From Hyalangium minutum (GTDB lineage: Bacteria; Myxococcota; Myxococcia; Myxococcales; Myxococcaceae): a stretch of DNA of 64,000 nucleotides. The stretch lies in the NCBI RefSeq assembly GCF_000737315.1, contig NZ_JMCB01000004.1, forward strand, positions 1 through 64,000. Direction: 5' to 3'. Each line of letters begins with the position of its first letter. Positions within the stretch are counted from its first letter, which is position 1. The position numbers were made by a program, and so were the translations under genes. The notes beneath the pieces are model-generated. The model had not been told where the DNA came from. It ran no database searches and worked only from the letters and a program-made list of their open reading frames with translations. Shown in pieces: positions 55,601 through 64,000 of this stretch.

Positions 55601-56389
55601 GTGACCCAGGCCCGACGCCCTCGCATCCTGGTCTCCAATGATGATGGGTACTTCTCGGACGGGCTGAAGGCGCTGGTCGAGGCCGTCAGCCCGCTCGGGG
55701 AGGTGTGGGTGGTGGCGCCGGACCGCGAGCAGAGCGCGGCCTCGCACGCCATCTCCCTGCACCGCCCCCTGCGCATCAAGGAGATCCGCGAGCGCTGGTT
55801 TGCCGTGGATGGCACCCCTGCGGACAGCGCTTATCTGGCGATCAACCACCTCCTCAAGGATGATCGCCCCCAGCTCATGGTGTCTGGGATCAATCACGGC
55901 GCGAATCTGGCGGACGACGTCACCTACTCGGGGACCGTCGCCGCCGCCATGGAGGGGGCCCTGCTTGGGGTGCCCTCCATCGCGTTCAGCCTCGCCTCCC
56001 ACGCGCCGTTCGACTTCAAACCCGCGGCCCGGTTCGCCCGTGCGATCGTGGCCGAGGCCCTGTCGCGGACGCTGCCTCCGCGGATGCTGTTGAACGTGAA
56101 CATCCCCGGCGGCGTGGAGCCGGAGGGCTACGTCGTCACCCGGCTCGGGCGGCACAGCTACGGCTATGCCGTGACCGAGAACGTCGATCCGCGGGGCAAG
56201 AAGTACTACTGGATCGGCGGCAGCGAGTACGAGCACGAGGACATCCCCGGCAGCGACTGCAACGCCGTCCACCTGGACAAGCGCGTCTCCGTCACGCCGC
56301 TGCACCTCGATTTGACCGATCACAGCCGGCTCTCCGATCTCGCGGGGTGGACGATCGAGGGCTTCCGGCGCTCCGGGTCGGGTGGGTGA
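55601..56389 (+). CDS. surE: 5'/3'-nucleotidase SurE
   Basis: ILVSNDDG, APDREQSAAS, DGTPAD, SGINHGAN, YSGTVAAA. Confidence 0.96.
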   Translation: MTQARRPRILVSNDDGYFSDGLKALVEAVSPLGEVWVVAPDREQSAASHAISLHRPLRIKEIRERWFAVDGTPADSAYLAINHLLKDDRPQLMVSGINHGANLADDVTYSGTVAAAMEGALLGVPSIAFSLASHAPFDFKPAARFARAIVAEALSRTLPPRMLLNVNIPGGVEPEGYVVTRLGRHSYGYAVTENVDPRGKKYYWIGGSEYEHEDIPGSDCNAVHLDKRVSVTPLHLDLTDHSRLSDLAGWTIEGFRRSGSGG

Positions 56390-57357
56390 GGTTGGCTGGC
56401 CGGTGTCTCAGCCGAGCGGGCTTGGCGCTCCTCCTGGTTCTCGGCGCCACCGGGTGTGCCAGCTCTCAGTCTGCCTCGCGCCCCCGAGGGCTCGAGGCAC
56501 CGCCGTCTCCCTCGGAGGTTGAGGCACGGGCTCCCGCGAAGGGAACCGCGCCTGCTCCCGGGGCCTCTGCCTCCGCGTCATCGGCCTCTCTGCCCATCAC
56601 CTTGCGGGCCGCGCATCCCGAGCCGGAGCTTCTCACCGTCCGTCACAAGGTGGCGCCCGGAGAGACGGTGTTCCGCATTGCTCGCTCGTATGGCGTCACT
56701 GTGGACGACTTGAAGGCCGCCAATGGCATCAAGGATCCCCGGAGCCTCTCCGTGGGACAGGAGCTGCTCATCCCCACCGTGCCTCCCGAGGACGAGGCAC
56801 CTGAGCCCCCAGATGAGCCTCACGTGGAGCCCGATGTGGGGCCCGCGCCGGGGAAGGGTGGGGCGCCTCGGGTTGTCGTGGGCCGGGATGATCTGCCGCC
56901 TCGGCCTCGTCTGCAGGAGAAGCCCACGCCTCCTCGGAAGGGGGGCAAGGCCTCGCGGCCCGAGCCAGCGACCAAGGGGATGCTCGACTGGCCGTTCCGA
57001 GGCGTGCTGTACGGCCGCTTTGGCAAGAAGGGCCGCGAGCCCCACGACGGCATCGACCTGGCGGCCCCGGCGGGAACTCCGGTCCAGACGGCCCAGGAGG
57101 GCACTGTCCTCTATGCGGGCGAGCAGAAGGGTTACGGCCTCATCGTCATCGTCCAGCACCCCAACGGCCTCATTACGCTCTACGCCCACAACCGGGATCT
57201 GCGAGTGAAGACCGGGCAGACCGTGCGTCGCTCCCAGGTAGTGGCCACGGTGGGAGAGTCCGGGCGGACGTCGGGTCCCCACTGCCACTTCGAGGTCCGC
57301 CTGGAGGGCAAGCCCGTGGACCCGCTGGACTACCTCGGGCCTCTCCCGTCCTCCTGA
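56386..57357 (+). CDS. nlpD: LysM-M23 peptidase lipoprotein (NlpD-like)
   Basis: GTG overlapping the surE stop (GTGA); lipobox ATGC; LysM (HKVAPGETVFRIARSYG); M23 motifs HDGID, YAHN and HCHFE; surE-nlpD synteny. Confidence 0.85.
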   Translation: MRLAGRCLSRAGLALLLVLGATGCASSQSASRPRGLEAPPSPSEVEARAPAKGTAPAPGASASASSASLPITLRAAHPEPELLTVRHKVAPGETVFRIARSYGVTVDDLKAANGIKDPRSLSVGQELLIPTVPPEDEAPEPPDEPHVEPDVGPAPGKGGAPRVVVGRDDLPPRPRLQEKPTPPRKGGKASRPEPATKGMLDWPFRGVLYGRFGKKGREPHDGIDLAAPAGTPVQTAQEGTVLYAGEQKGYGLIVIVQHPNGLITLYAHNRDLRVKTGQTVRRSQVVATVGESGRTSGPHCHFEVRLEGKPVDPLDYLGPLPSS

Positions 57358-57414
57358 GGCAGGCAGGCGGGGAGGGGGATGGCTCTCGGCGCCGATTCTC
57401 CTAGAGTGTCGCCG

Positions 57415-58635
57415 GTGAAGCGCCTTAGCCCCCTGATCTTCCTCTCGCTGCTGCTCTCGACGGCTGCCTGGGCCCAGACCCCTGCTCCCGCCGAGGAGCC
57501 GGCGTCCTCGTCCGCTTCTCTTGCCGCGCCTGTCGCGCCCGCAGCGCCTCCCGAGGCTGCTCCCGCGACGCCTCCGGCTGAAGCTCCTGCGGCTGAAGCT
57601 CCTGCGGCAGTGGCACCTCCCGCTGCCACGGCGGCCCCCGAGCAGAAGCCTGCGTCCGAGAAGAAGCCGTCCGACGCCTCGCCGTTGCCCACCGTGGCCG
57701 TGCTCGCGCTCGAGTCCAACAAGGCAGCTCAGGAGGCCGCGCCCGGCATTGCCTCGCTCATCGCGAGCCGGCTTGCTGACTCTCCCAAGCTCAAGGTGCT
57801 CACCCAGCGGGACATCGAAACGATGCTGAGCACCGAGCGCCAGCGCCAGCTGCTGGGCTCTGGCTCGTGCTCCAGCAAAGGCCCCTGCCTCGAGGAGCTA
57901 TCGAACGCCATCGGCGCCCAGTATGTGGTGGCCGGGCGGCTGGACCGCTTCGGGGACAAGTACCTGCTCACCGTCAGCCTGCTCGACACGTTCTCGGGAC
58001 GCAGCCTGGCCCGGCCCGCCGCCGAGGCCCCCAGCACCGAGGATCTCCTCCAGGTTGCGGATGCCGTCGGAGAGCAGCTGCTCGCCGAGCTGGCGCCCGA
58101 GGGCGAGACGCGCGCGGCCCGGCCGCTATTCGGCAGCGCCAGGGAGACCCCCGGCGGTGGTCTCGTGCTGGGGTTGCGCATCAACAACAGCTTCATCTCC
58201 AACATCCAGGCCCTCAACCCCGGCGCGGACCTCGAGGTGGGCTATGCCTTCCATCCCGAGTGGGTGGGCTTCCTCCAGGTGGGCATCACCTTCATCCGGG
58301 CGAATGGCGATGAGAGCGAGTCCGGCCGTCTCCGCATCCTGCCCAGCCTGCTCGGGGCCCGTCATTACTACCGGCTGCAGCACGCCTTCCGGCCGTACTG
58401 GGGGCTGGGGCTCGGCGTGCAGCTCGCGTTCGGGCAGTTCGGCATCTTCGAGTCCACCGGCTCGCTGCCCACAGTGATCGGCTTCTTCGGCGCCGAGTAC
58501 CTCATTGGCGGCAAGTTCGGCATCCACCTCGAGGCCGGCACCAATCTCGCTCAGGCCACGCTGGGCCTCGCGGACAACGGGCTCGGGGATGGGCTCAACC
58601 TCGATCTCACCGCTGGCATCCTGTACCACTTCTGA
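57415..58635 (+). CDS. Secreted/outer-membrane protein: Pro/Ala linker, CsgG/FlgO-like domain, C-terminal beta-barrel
   Basis: Signal peptide ending AAWA; VAVLALE...VVAGRLDRFGDKYLLTVSLLD; amphipathic strands ending in YHF. Confidence 0.65.
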   Translation: MKRLSPLIFLSLLLSTAAWAQTPAPAEEPASSSASLAAPVAPAAPPEAAPATPPAEAPAAEAPAAVAPPAATAAPEQKPASEKKPSDASPLPTVAVLALESNKAAQEAAPGIASLIASRLADSPKLKVLTQRDIETMLSTERQRQLLGSGSCSSKGPCLEELSNAIGAQYVVAGRLDRFGDKYLLTVSLLDTFSGRSLARPAAEAPSTEDLLQVADAVGEQLLAELAPEGETRAARPLFGSARETPGGGLVLGLRINNSFISNIQALNPGADLEVGYAFHPEWVGFLQVGITFIRANGDESESGRLRILPSLLGARHYYRLQHAFRPYWGLGLGVQLAFGQFGIFESTGSLPTVIGFFGAEYLIGGKFGIHLEAGTNLAQATLGLADNGLGDGLNLDLTAGILYHF

Positions 58636-58652
58636 AGTCTGGAGCCCCGTTT

Positions 58653-59792
58653 ATGCCTTCGCGCCTGCGCGCTCTGTCGCTGCTCGCCTTGCTCGCCACA
58701 GCGGCTTGTGACGACACGCCCAAGATCGATCCCAAGGACCGCGCTGAGGGCCTCTACGTGAAGGGCAATGCCGAGTATCTGCACGGCGACTTCGATCAGG
58801 CGCTCGCCTCGTTCGCGGAGATGAAGCAGCTGGCGCCCAATGACCCGCGCCTGCCCGCCGCCGTGGGCGAGGTCTACCTCTCCATGGGCAAGTACGCCGA
58901 GGCGCTCACCGAGTTCCAGGCGGCGCTGGCGCTCGATCCGAAGCGCTCCACCACCTGGAGCCGCATCGGCTTCATCCAGGCGCAGACGGGCAAGTACGAG
59001 GAGGCCATGAGCTCGCTGCGCAAGGCCATTGGCCTGTATCCCAAGGACTTCAACGCGCTGGAGCAGCTGGCGGAGATCCACCACAAGCGCGGAGAGAACG
59101 ACGAGGCCGTCCGCCACTTCACGCTCGCCGCCGAGGTCAGCCCCGAGAAGCTCAAGCCCGACTATCTGCTCAAGGCGGTGGAACTGCTCCAGCAGGACAG
59201 CCGGCACGCGGAGGCGCTCACCCTGTTGCAGAAGTGGGTGGGGCAGGGCGTTCGTACCTCTGAGGTGCTCTCGGTCTTTGGGGACGAGCAGGTGCGCGCC
59301 GGGAAGATGGACGAGGCGGCCGCCGCCTACAAAGAGGCCGCGCAGAAGTCGCCCAAGGATCCCTCGATGTGGGAGCTCGTCGGCCGCATCTACGCCAGTC
59401 AGGGCAAGAGCGCGGACGCGCTCGCGGCGTTCCGCGAGTCCCTCAAGGTGAAGGACCGCGCTCTGGTGCACGTGGCCATCGCGCAGCTCCACCTGGCTCA
59501 GAAGGACCGCAAGGCCGCCGAGGAGGAGCTGAGCAAGGCGCTGGAGACGGCTTCCGGCGAGGACGTGCGCGAGTTGATCGAGCTGTCGGAGCTGCTCGTG
59601 ACGATGGAGCGCAAGCCGGACGCGCTGCGCATCCTCAGCAACCTGGCCGCCGAGCCGGACAACGCGAACAACGAGGAGCTGCAGCTGCGCACTGCCCGGC
59701 TGGCGCGCGACCTGAAGGACACCGCGACCGTGAAGACCGCCTGCTCCCGCATCACCGGGAAAGACGGAGGCGGTGCCCCCGCCTGCCCGTAA
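58653..59792 (+). CDS. TPR-repeat lipoprotein
   Basis: LLATAA-C lipobox; many TPR helices. Confidence 0.85.
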   Translation: MPSRLRALSLLALLATAACDDTPKIDPKDRAEGLYVKGNAEYLHGDFDQALASFAEMKQLAPNDPRLPAAVGEVYLSMGKYAEALTEFQAALALDPKRSTTWSRIGFIQAQTGKYEEAMSSLRKAIGLYPKDFNALEQLAEIHHKRGENDEAVRHFTLAAEVSPEKLKPDYLLKAVELLQQDSRHAEALTLLQKWVGQGVRTSEVLSVFGDEQVRAGKMDEAAAAYKEAAQKSPKDPSMWELVGRIYASQGKSADALAAFRESLKVKDRALVHVAIAQLHLAQKDRKAAEEELSKALETASGEDVRELIELSELLVTMERKPDALRILSNLAAEPDNANNEELQLRTARLARDLKDTATVKTACSRITGKDGGGAPACP

Positions 59793-59804
59793 CTACCCGG
59801 GACG

Positions 59805-60467
59805 TCAGTTCCGCCCGCCGGGCAGCTTGCGGTACACGCCCACGACGATCCCCAACAGCATCGTCGAGCGGAAGTCCGCCTTGTTCACGTAGATGGGCTG
59901 CATGTCCTTGTTCGCCGGCTGGAACCGGATGCGCTCGCCCTCGGGGAAGTAGCGCTTCACCGTCGCCTCATCCTCGATGAGTGCCACGACGATGTCCCCC
60001 GGCTGCGCCGCCGGCGTCTTGCGCACGAACAGGTAGTCCCCGTCGTGGATGCCATCCTCGATCATCGACTGGCCCTTCACTCGAAGCGCGAACACCTCGC
60101 GGCCCGCGCCTCCAATGAGGAAGCTGTCGATCTTGACCGAGTCCTCCATGTTCTCCTGGGCCAGCAGCGGCGCGCCTGCCGCCACCTTGCCCAAGAGCGG
60201 CACGTCCACCAGCCCCGAGTCCTTCTTCGCCCCCAGCCCCAGTAGCATCCGCGCCCGCTTGGTCGGCACCAGCGACCGGCTCTGCTGCTCGCCCCGGTTC
60301 AGGTAACCCTTGCGCTCCAGCGCCTTGAGGTGATCGTTCACCCCGTTGGTCGAGCGGATGTCCATCTGCTCGCCAATCTCGCGGATGGTGGGGGGAAACC
60401 CTCGGGACTCCGTCTCCTTCACGATGAAGGTGAGAATCTCGCGCTGGCGCTCCGTTAGCTCTTCCAT
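59805..60467 (-). CDS. lexA: SOS repressor LexA
   Basis: wHTH (PPTIREI...[11 protein letters not shown]), VAAG cleavage site, GQSM Ser, ATVKR Lys. Confidence 0.97.
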   Translation of the reverse strand: MEELTERQREILTFIVKETESRGFPPTIREIGEQMDIRSTNGVNDHLKALERKGYLNRGEQQSRSLVPTKRARMLLGLGAKKDSGLVDVPLLGKVAAGAPLLAQENMEDSVKIDSFLIGGAGREVFALRVKGQSMIEDGIHDGDYLFVRKTPAAQPGDIVVALIEDEATVKRYFPEGERIRFQPANKDMQPIYVNKADFRSTMLLGIVVGVYRKLPGGRN

Positions 60468-60540
60468 GCCTCACTCCCTCCCTCGGTGGGGGGCCCTGGC
60501 CGCTTTGGACCAGGGCAACAGGCTTTCAGTGTCCATGCTC

Positions 60541-60557
60541 CCTGAACAGGCGTGTAG
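60541..60557 (-). promoter_or_regulatory. Myxobacterial LexA (SOS) box in the lexA promoter
   Basis: Minus strand CTACACGCCTGTTCAGG fits the recalled M. xanthus consensus CTRHAMRYBYGTTCAGS at every position and follows TTGACT (60563-60558). Confidence 0.8.
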
Positions 60558-60673
60558 AGTCAATCGTTTCGAGCAGGCAGGCGAGCCGACCCTTCGGGTT
60601 GCCTCCTTCCCTTCAGGGCTCTGTGAGAGAACTTGAGGTTTCGCACTGATCTGGGCGTACAATTTCTCCCGTC

Positions 60674-63600
60674 TTGTCCGAGCTACGACACACCCTGCTT
60701 CTCGTCGATGACGAGGCGGATGTACTGGACATCCTCGTCCGGATGTTCCAGCGGCAGTACCGCGTCCTCACCGCCACCTCCGGTCAGGAGGCTCTGTCCA
60801 TCCTCCGGACCCAGACGGTAGATGTCCTCATCACCGACCAGCGCATGCCCGAGATGACGGGCATCGAGCTCGTGTCGGCCTCCCGCGCCGAGGGCATCGA
60901 CGTCACCACGTTGCTGCTCACCGGCTACACGGACCCCGAAGACATCATCGCCGCCATCAACCAGGGCCAGGTCTACCGCTACATCACCAAGCCCTGGGAG
61001 GTGAATGATCTCCTCATCACCGTGCGCAACGCGGTGGACTACACGCAGCTGCGCCGCGACAAGGAGCGGCTTCTGCGCCAGCTCCACCAGCGCGTCGAGG
61101 CCCTCTTCGTCCTCTACGAGGTGAGCCGCGCCAGTGCCTCGGACCCGCCGAGCTACGAGGCCATCATCGACCGCGTGCTCAGCGCCGTGGCCCGTGTGCT
61201 GCCGTACGACTGCGGCGCCGCGCTCATTGCCCCGGATGACGCGCGCTCGGCCATCCTGCGTCTGCGTTGTCTGGGAACCGTGGGCGAGAAGGCCCTGCTG
61301 GGTGTGAAAGAGTCCATGCTCGGAGCCTACCGCCGCAGCTCCGGCCAGCTCCTGCCCGAGGACCGGCTCACCACCCGCGTCACTGGCACCATCACCCAGG
61401 ACTCCAGCGCTCCGGCCGTCTACCCGAGCCAGGTCACCGTCAGCCTCGTGGCCGGCGGCAAGCCCGTGGGCATGCTGTCGCTGTTCTCTCAGAACCCTCA
61501 GGCGTTCAGCGAGGACGATGGCGTGCTCTTGGACACGCTGGCCAACCAGACCGCAGACGCCATCCAGTCCCTGCGCGCCGTGGAGGAAGAGGCCCGCCGC
61601 CGCATCGAGCGCATGGTCGAGTCCATGGCCGACGGCGTGCTCCTCACCGATGAGGCGGACGCTATCGTCGTCATCAACCCCGCCGCACGGCGCCTGCTGC
61701 GCCTGGGCGAGGACGTGGGCACGCTCACCGGCCGCATGTTGGAGGAGCGCCTGGGTTTCGAGCCTTCCGAGCTCATTCGCGGCTGGGAGTACAGCGGCTC
61801 GCAGGTGCTCGAAGAAGAGGTCGAGCTGTTCGAGCGCCACATCCAGTGCACCGTCACCCCAGTGAATGACGCTCGCGGCACCGTGCGCGGTGTCTGCGTG
61901 GTGCTGCGCGACGTCACCGAGCAGAAGGTGCTCGAGGAGCGCAAGGACGAGTTCGTCTCCATGGTGAGCCACGAGCTGCGCACCCCGCTCACGTCCATCT
62001 CCGGCGCGCTGGACCTGGTGCTCAACTTCCTCGCGGGCCCCATCAACGAGAAGCAGCAGAAGTACCTGGCGATGGCCAAGGACTCCACCGAGAAGCTCAA
62101 CACCCTGGTGGATGACCTGCTGGATCTGGCCAAGTTCGCCAAGGGCCGGCTGCAGATGAACTTCGAGCTGACGTACCTCGACGAGCTGGTCCGCCGCGCC
62201 GTCGAGAAGTACGGCCCCGCCTTCCAGGAGCGGCGGGTGAAGGTGAACACCGCGCTGCCCCAGTACGGCTTGCGCGTCATGGCCGATCCCAACCGCGTCA
62301 ACCAGGTGCTCAACAACCTGCTGACCAACGCGGCCAAGTTCACCCCCGAGGGCGGCGAAGTCACCCTGGAGCTGCGCGCCACCTCGTCCCTGCCGGGCTT
62401 CGTGTCGCTGTCCTGCTGGAACAGCGGCGAGCCCATCGCCGACGAGAACCTCGAGCGCATCTTCGACCGCTTCGAGCAGGCCCGCACCCCGTCCAATCGC
62501 ACCGTGCGTGGCACTGGCCTGGGGCTCGCCATCTGCCGCCACATCGTCGAGGCCCACGGTGGCCGCATCTGGTGCGAGCCCAGCGTCCAGGGCGTGCGCT
62601 TCGTCACCGTGCTCCCCGTGGAGCCTCCCCAGGAGCTGCTCCGTCCCGACGCCAACGAGATCCCTTATCAGGCCCGCAAGCTCGATTCGCGCGGCCGGGT
62701 GCTCGTCATCGAGGGCGAGGTGGAGCTCGCCTACATCATCAAGGCGCTGCTGCTCGGGCGCGGATATGCGGTGCACATCGCCAGCACCGCCGAGGAGGGC
62801 ATCCAAGCCGCTCGGCGCCACCACCCGGACGCCGTCCTCGTGGCCGTGCGCCTGCCCGACGTGGACGGACTGCGCCTCACCGAGATCCTCCGGCACGATC
62901 CCGACACCCGGCGCACGCCGCTGCTCGTGAACTCCTCGTTCGATGAGCGCCAGCGCGCGTTCCGCTCGGGCGCGGACGCCTTCCTGTTGCGGCCCCTCAT
63001 GGTGGACAAGCTCCTGGCCACCGTGGACTCGCTGGTGCGCGGCCGCACCGGCCAGCAGCATGGCCGCGTGCTCGTCGTGGACGACGACGCGAAGATCGGC
63101 AGCATCTGCGGCGAGGTGCTCGCCAGCCTCGGGTTTGAAGTGACGGTGGTCGGCTCGCTCGAGGAGGCCCGGAAGATTCTCCGCGAGCGCCGCCCGGACG
63201 TCGTCCTCCTGGACGTGACGCTGCCGGACGGCGACGGCTTCGTCTTCATCGAGGAGATCAAGGCCGAGCGCGCCAGCGGCCACATCTCCGTCATCTTCCT
63301 GTCGGCCCGCGCGGAGACGGCCTCGAAGATCCGCGCCCTCAAGCTGGGCGGCGACGACTACATCACCAAGCCCTTCGATGCCCTGGAACTGGGCGCTCGC
63401 GTGGAGAGCGTGCTGCGCCGCAAGGAGCAGGAGCTGTCGGCCTCGCCCACCACGCAGCTGCCGGGCTCCAATGCCATCGAGCGCGAGGTGCAGCGCCGCC
63501 TCATGGCCCGCAAGCCCTTCGCCTTCTGCTACCTCGATCTCGACAACCTCAAGGCCTACAACGACTACTACGGCTTCGCGAAGGCCGATGGTGTCGTGCG

Positions 63601-64000
63601 TCAGACGGGCGACCTGCTGCGGGACATCTTCGCGCAGGAGGGCGTGCCCGGAGACTTCCTGGGCCACGTGGCGGGCGATGACTTCGTCTTCATCGTCGCC
63701 CCCGAGTCCGTGGACCGCATCTGCCAGCGCGCCATCGAAGCGTTCGACCGCATCATCCCGCTCTATTATGATCGGCAGGACCGCGAGCGCGGCCACATCG
63801 AGGCCGAGGACCGGTTCGGAGAGAAGCGGAAGTTCCCCATCATGAGTGTCTCCATCGTGGCGGTGATGAGCGACGGTGTGGCCCTGGATCACGCGGAACT
63901 GGCGCGGCGCGCCGCGGACATGAAGAAGCGCGCCAAGGCCATTCAAGGCTCCATCTACCTGCGCAGCGACCGCGAGCGGGAGACCCGGACCGTCACCGGA
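60674..64000 (+). CDS. tmoK: TmoK-like hybrid kinase REC-GAF-PAS-HisKA-HATPase-pseudoREC-REC-degenerate GGDEF, 3'-partial and absent from the ORF track
   Basis: Hand translation from TTG 60674: LLLVDDE, TDQRMP, SHELRTPL (frame checked at 61961), NLLTNAAKF, GTGLGL, LDVTLP, YLDLDNLKAYND, HVAGDDF (frame checked at 63671); no stop seen before the window edge; divergent from lexA. Confidence 0.85.
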   Translation, partial: MSELRHTLLLVDDEADVLDILVRMFQRQYRVLTATSGQEALSILRTQTVDVLITDQRMPEMTGIELVSASRAEGIDVTTLLLTGYTDPEDIIAAINQGQVYRYITKPWEVNDLLITVRNAVDYTQLRRDKERLLRQLHQRVEALFVLYEVSRASASDPPSYEAIIDRVLSAVARVLPYDCGAALIAPDDARSAILRLRCLGTVGEKALLGVKESMLGAYRRSSGQLLPEDRLTTRVTGTITQDSSAPAVYPSQVTVSLVAGGKPVGMLSLFSQNPQAFSEDDGVLLDTLANQTADAIQSLRAVEEEARRRIERMVESMADGVLLTDEADAIVVINPAARRLLRLGEDVGTLTGRMLEERLGFEPSELIRGWEYSGSQVLEEEVELFERHIQCTVTPVNDARGTVRGVCVVLRDVTEQKVLEERKDEFVSMVSHELRTPLTSISGALDLVLNFLAGPINEKQQKYLAMAKDSTEKLNTLVDDLLDLAKFAKGRLQMNFELTYLDELVRRAVEKYGPAFQERRVKVNTALPQYGLRVMADPNRVNQVLNNLLTNAAKFTPEGGEVTLELRATSSLPGFVSLSCWNSGEPIADENLERIFDRFEQARTPSNRTVRGTGLGLAICRHIVEAHGGRIWCEPSVQGVRFVTVLPVEPPQELLRPDANEIPYQARKLDSRGRVLVIEGEVELAYIIKALLLGRGYAVHIASTAEEGIQAARRHHPDAVLVAVRLPDVDGLRLTEILRHDPDTRRTPLLVNSSFDERQRAFRSGADAFLLRPLMVDKLLATVDSLVRGRTGQQHGRVLVVDDDAKIGSICGEVLASLGFEVTVVGSLEEARKILRERRPDVVLLDVTLPDGDGFVFIEEIKAERASGHISVIFLSARAETASKIRALKLGGDDYITKPFDALELGARVESVLRRKEQELSASPTTQLPGSNAIEREVQRRLMARKPFAFCYLDLDNLKAYNDYYGFAKADGVVRQTGDLLRDIFAQEGVPGDFLGHVAGDDFVFIVAPESVDRICQRAIEAFDRIIPLYYDRQDRERGHIEAEDRFGEKRKFPIMSVSIVAVMSDGVALDHAELARRAADMKKRAKAIQGSIYLRSDRERETRTVTG

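Noticed and set aside
60683-63946. 1087-aa minus-strand ORF
   Set aside because: Shadow of the plus-strand hybrid kinase, which has clear domain motifs.

Overview
High-GC myxobacterial chromosome (Myxococcales, Cystobacterineae-like) in two parts. The left part (1 to ~35.2 kb) is accessory. It holds the 3' end of a modular type I PKS assembly line (4 modules visible, the last two with dead KR domains, no fused TE), a type II thioesterase, a P450 lacking the I-helix acid-alcohol pair, a secreted beta-propeller/di-heme protein and a stand-alone HHxxxDG acyltransferase. It continues with a 24-Cys two-repeat lipoprotein, a canonical P450 paired with an orphan CrtI, a tRNA-Sec (selC) gene that the ORF track cannot show, an AT-rich array of LacI-type palindromes, and a secreted CBM56-like/di-heme oxidoreductase fusion. 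The right part (~35.3-64 kb) is conserved myxobacterial core: TPR-zincin, response regulator, orphan groEL with CIRCE, sinK, encapsulin cargo encC, a Hypr GGDEF (predicted 3',3'-cGAMP synthase), CheW-like, romR, valS with an extra TPR-like/histone-H1-like tail, nadC, a frameshifted alkaline phosphatase, glpX, eno, surE, nlpD, lexA with an SOS box, and a TmoK-like hybrid kinase running off the right edge. Family assignments come from motifs read by eye and recalled family knowledge; no database searches were run.
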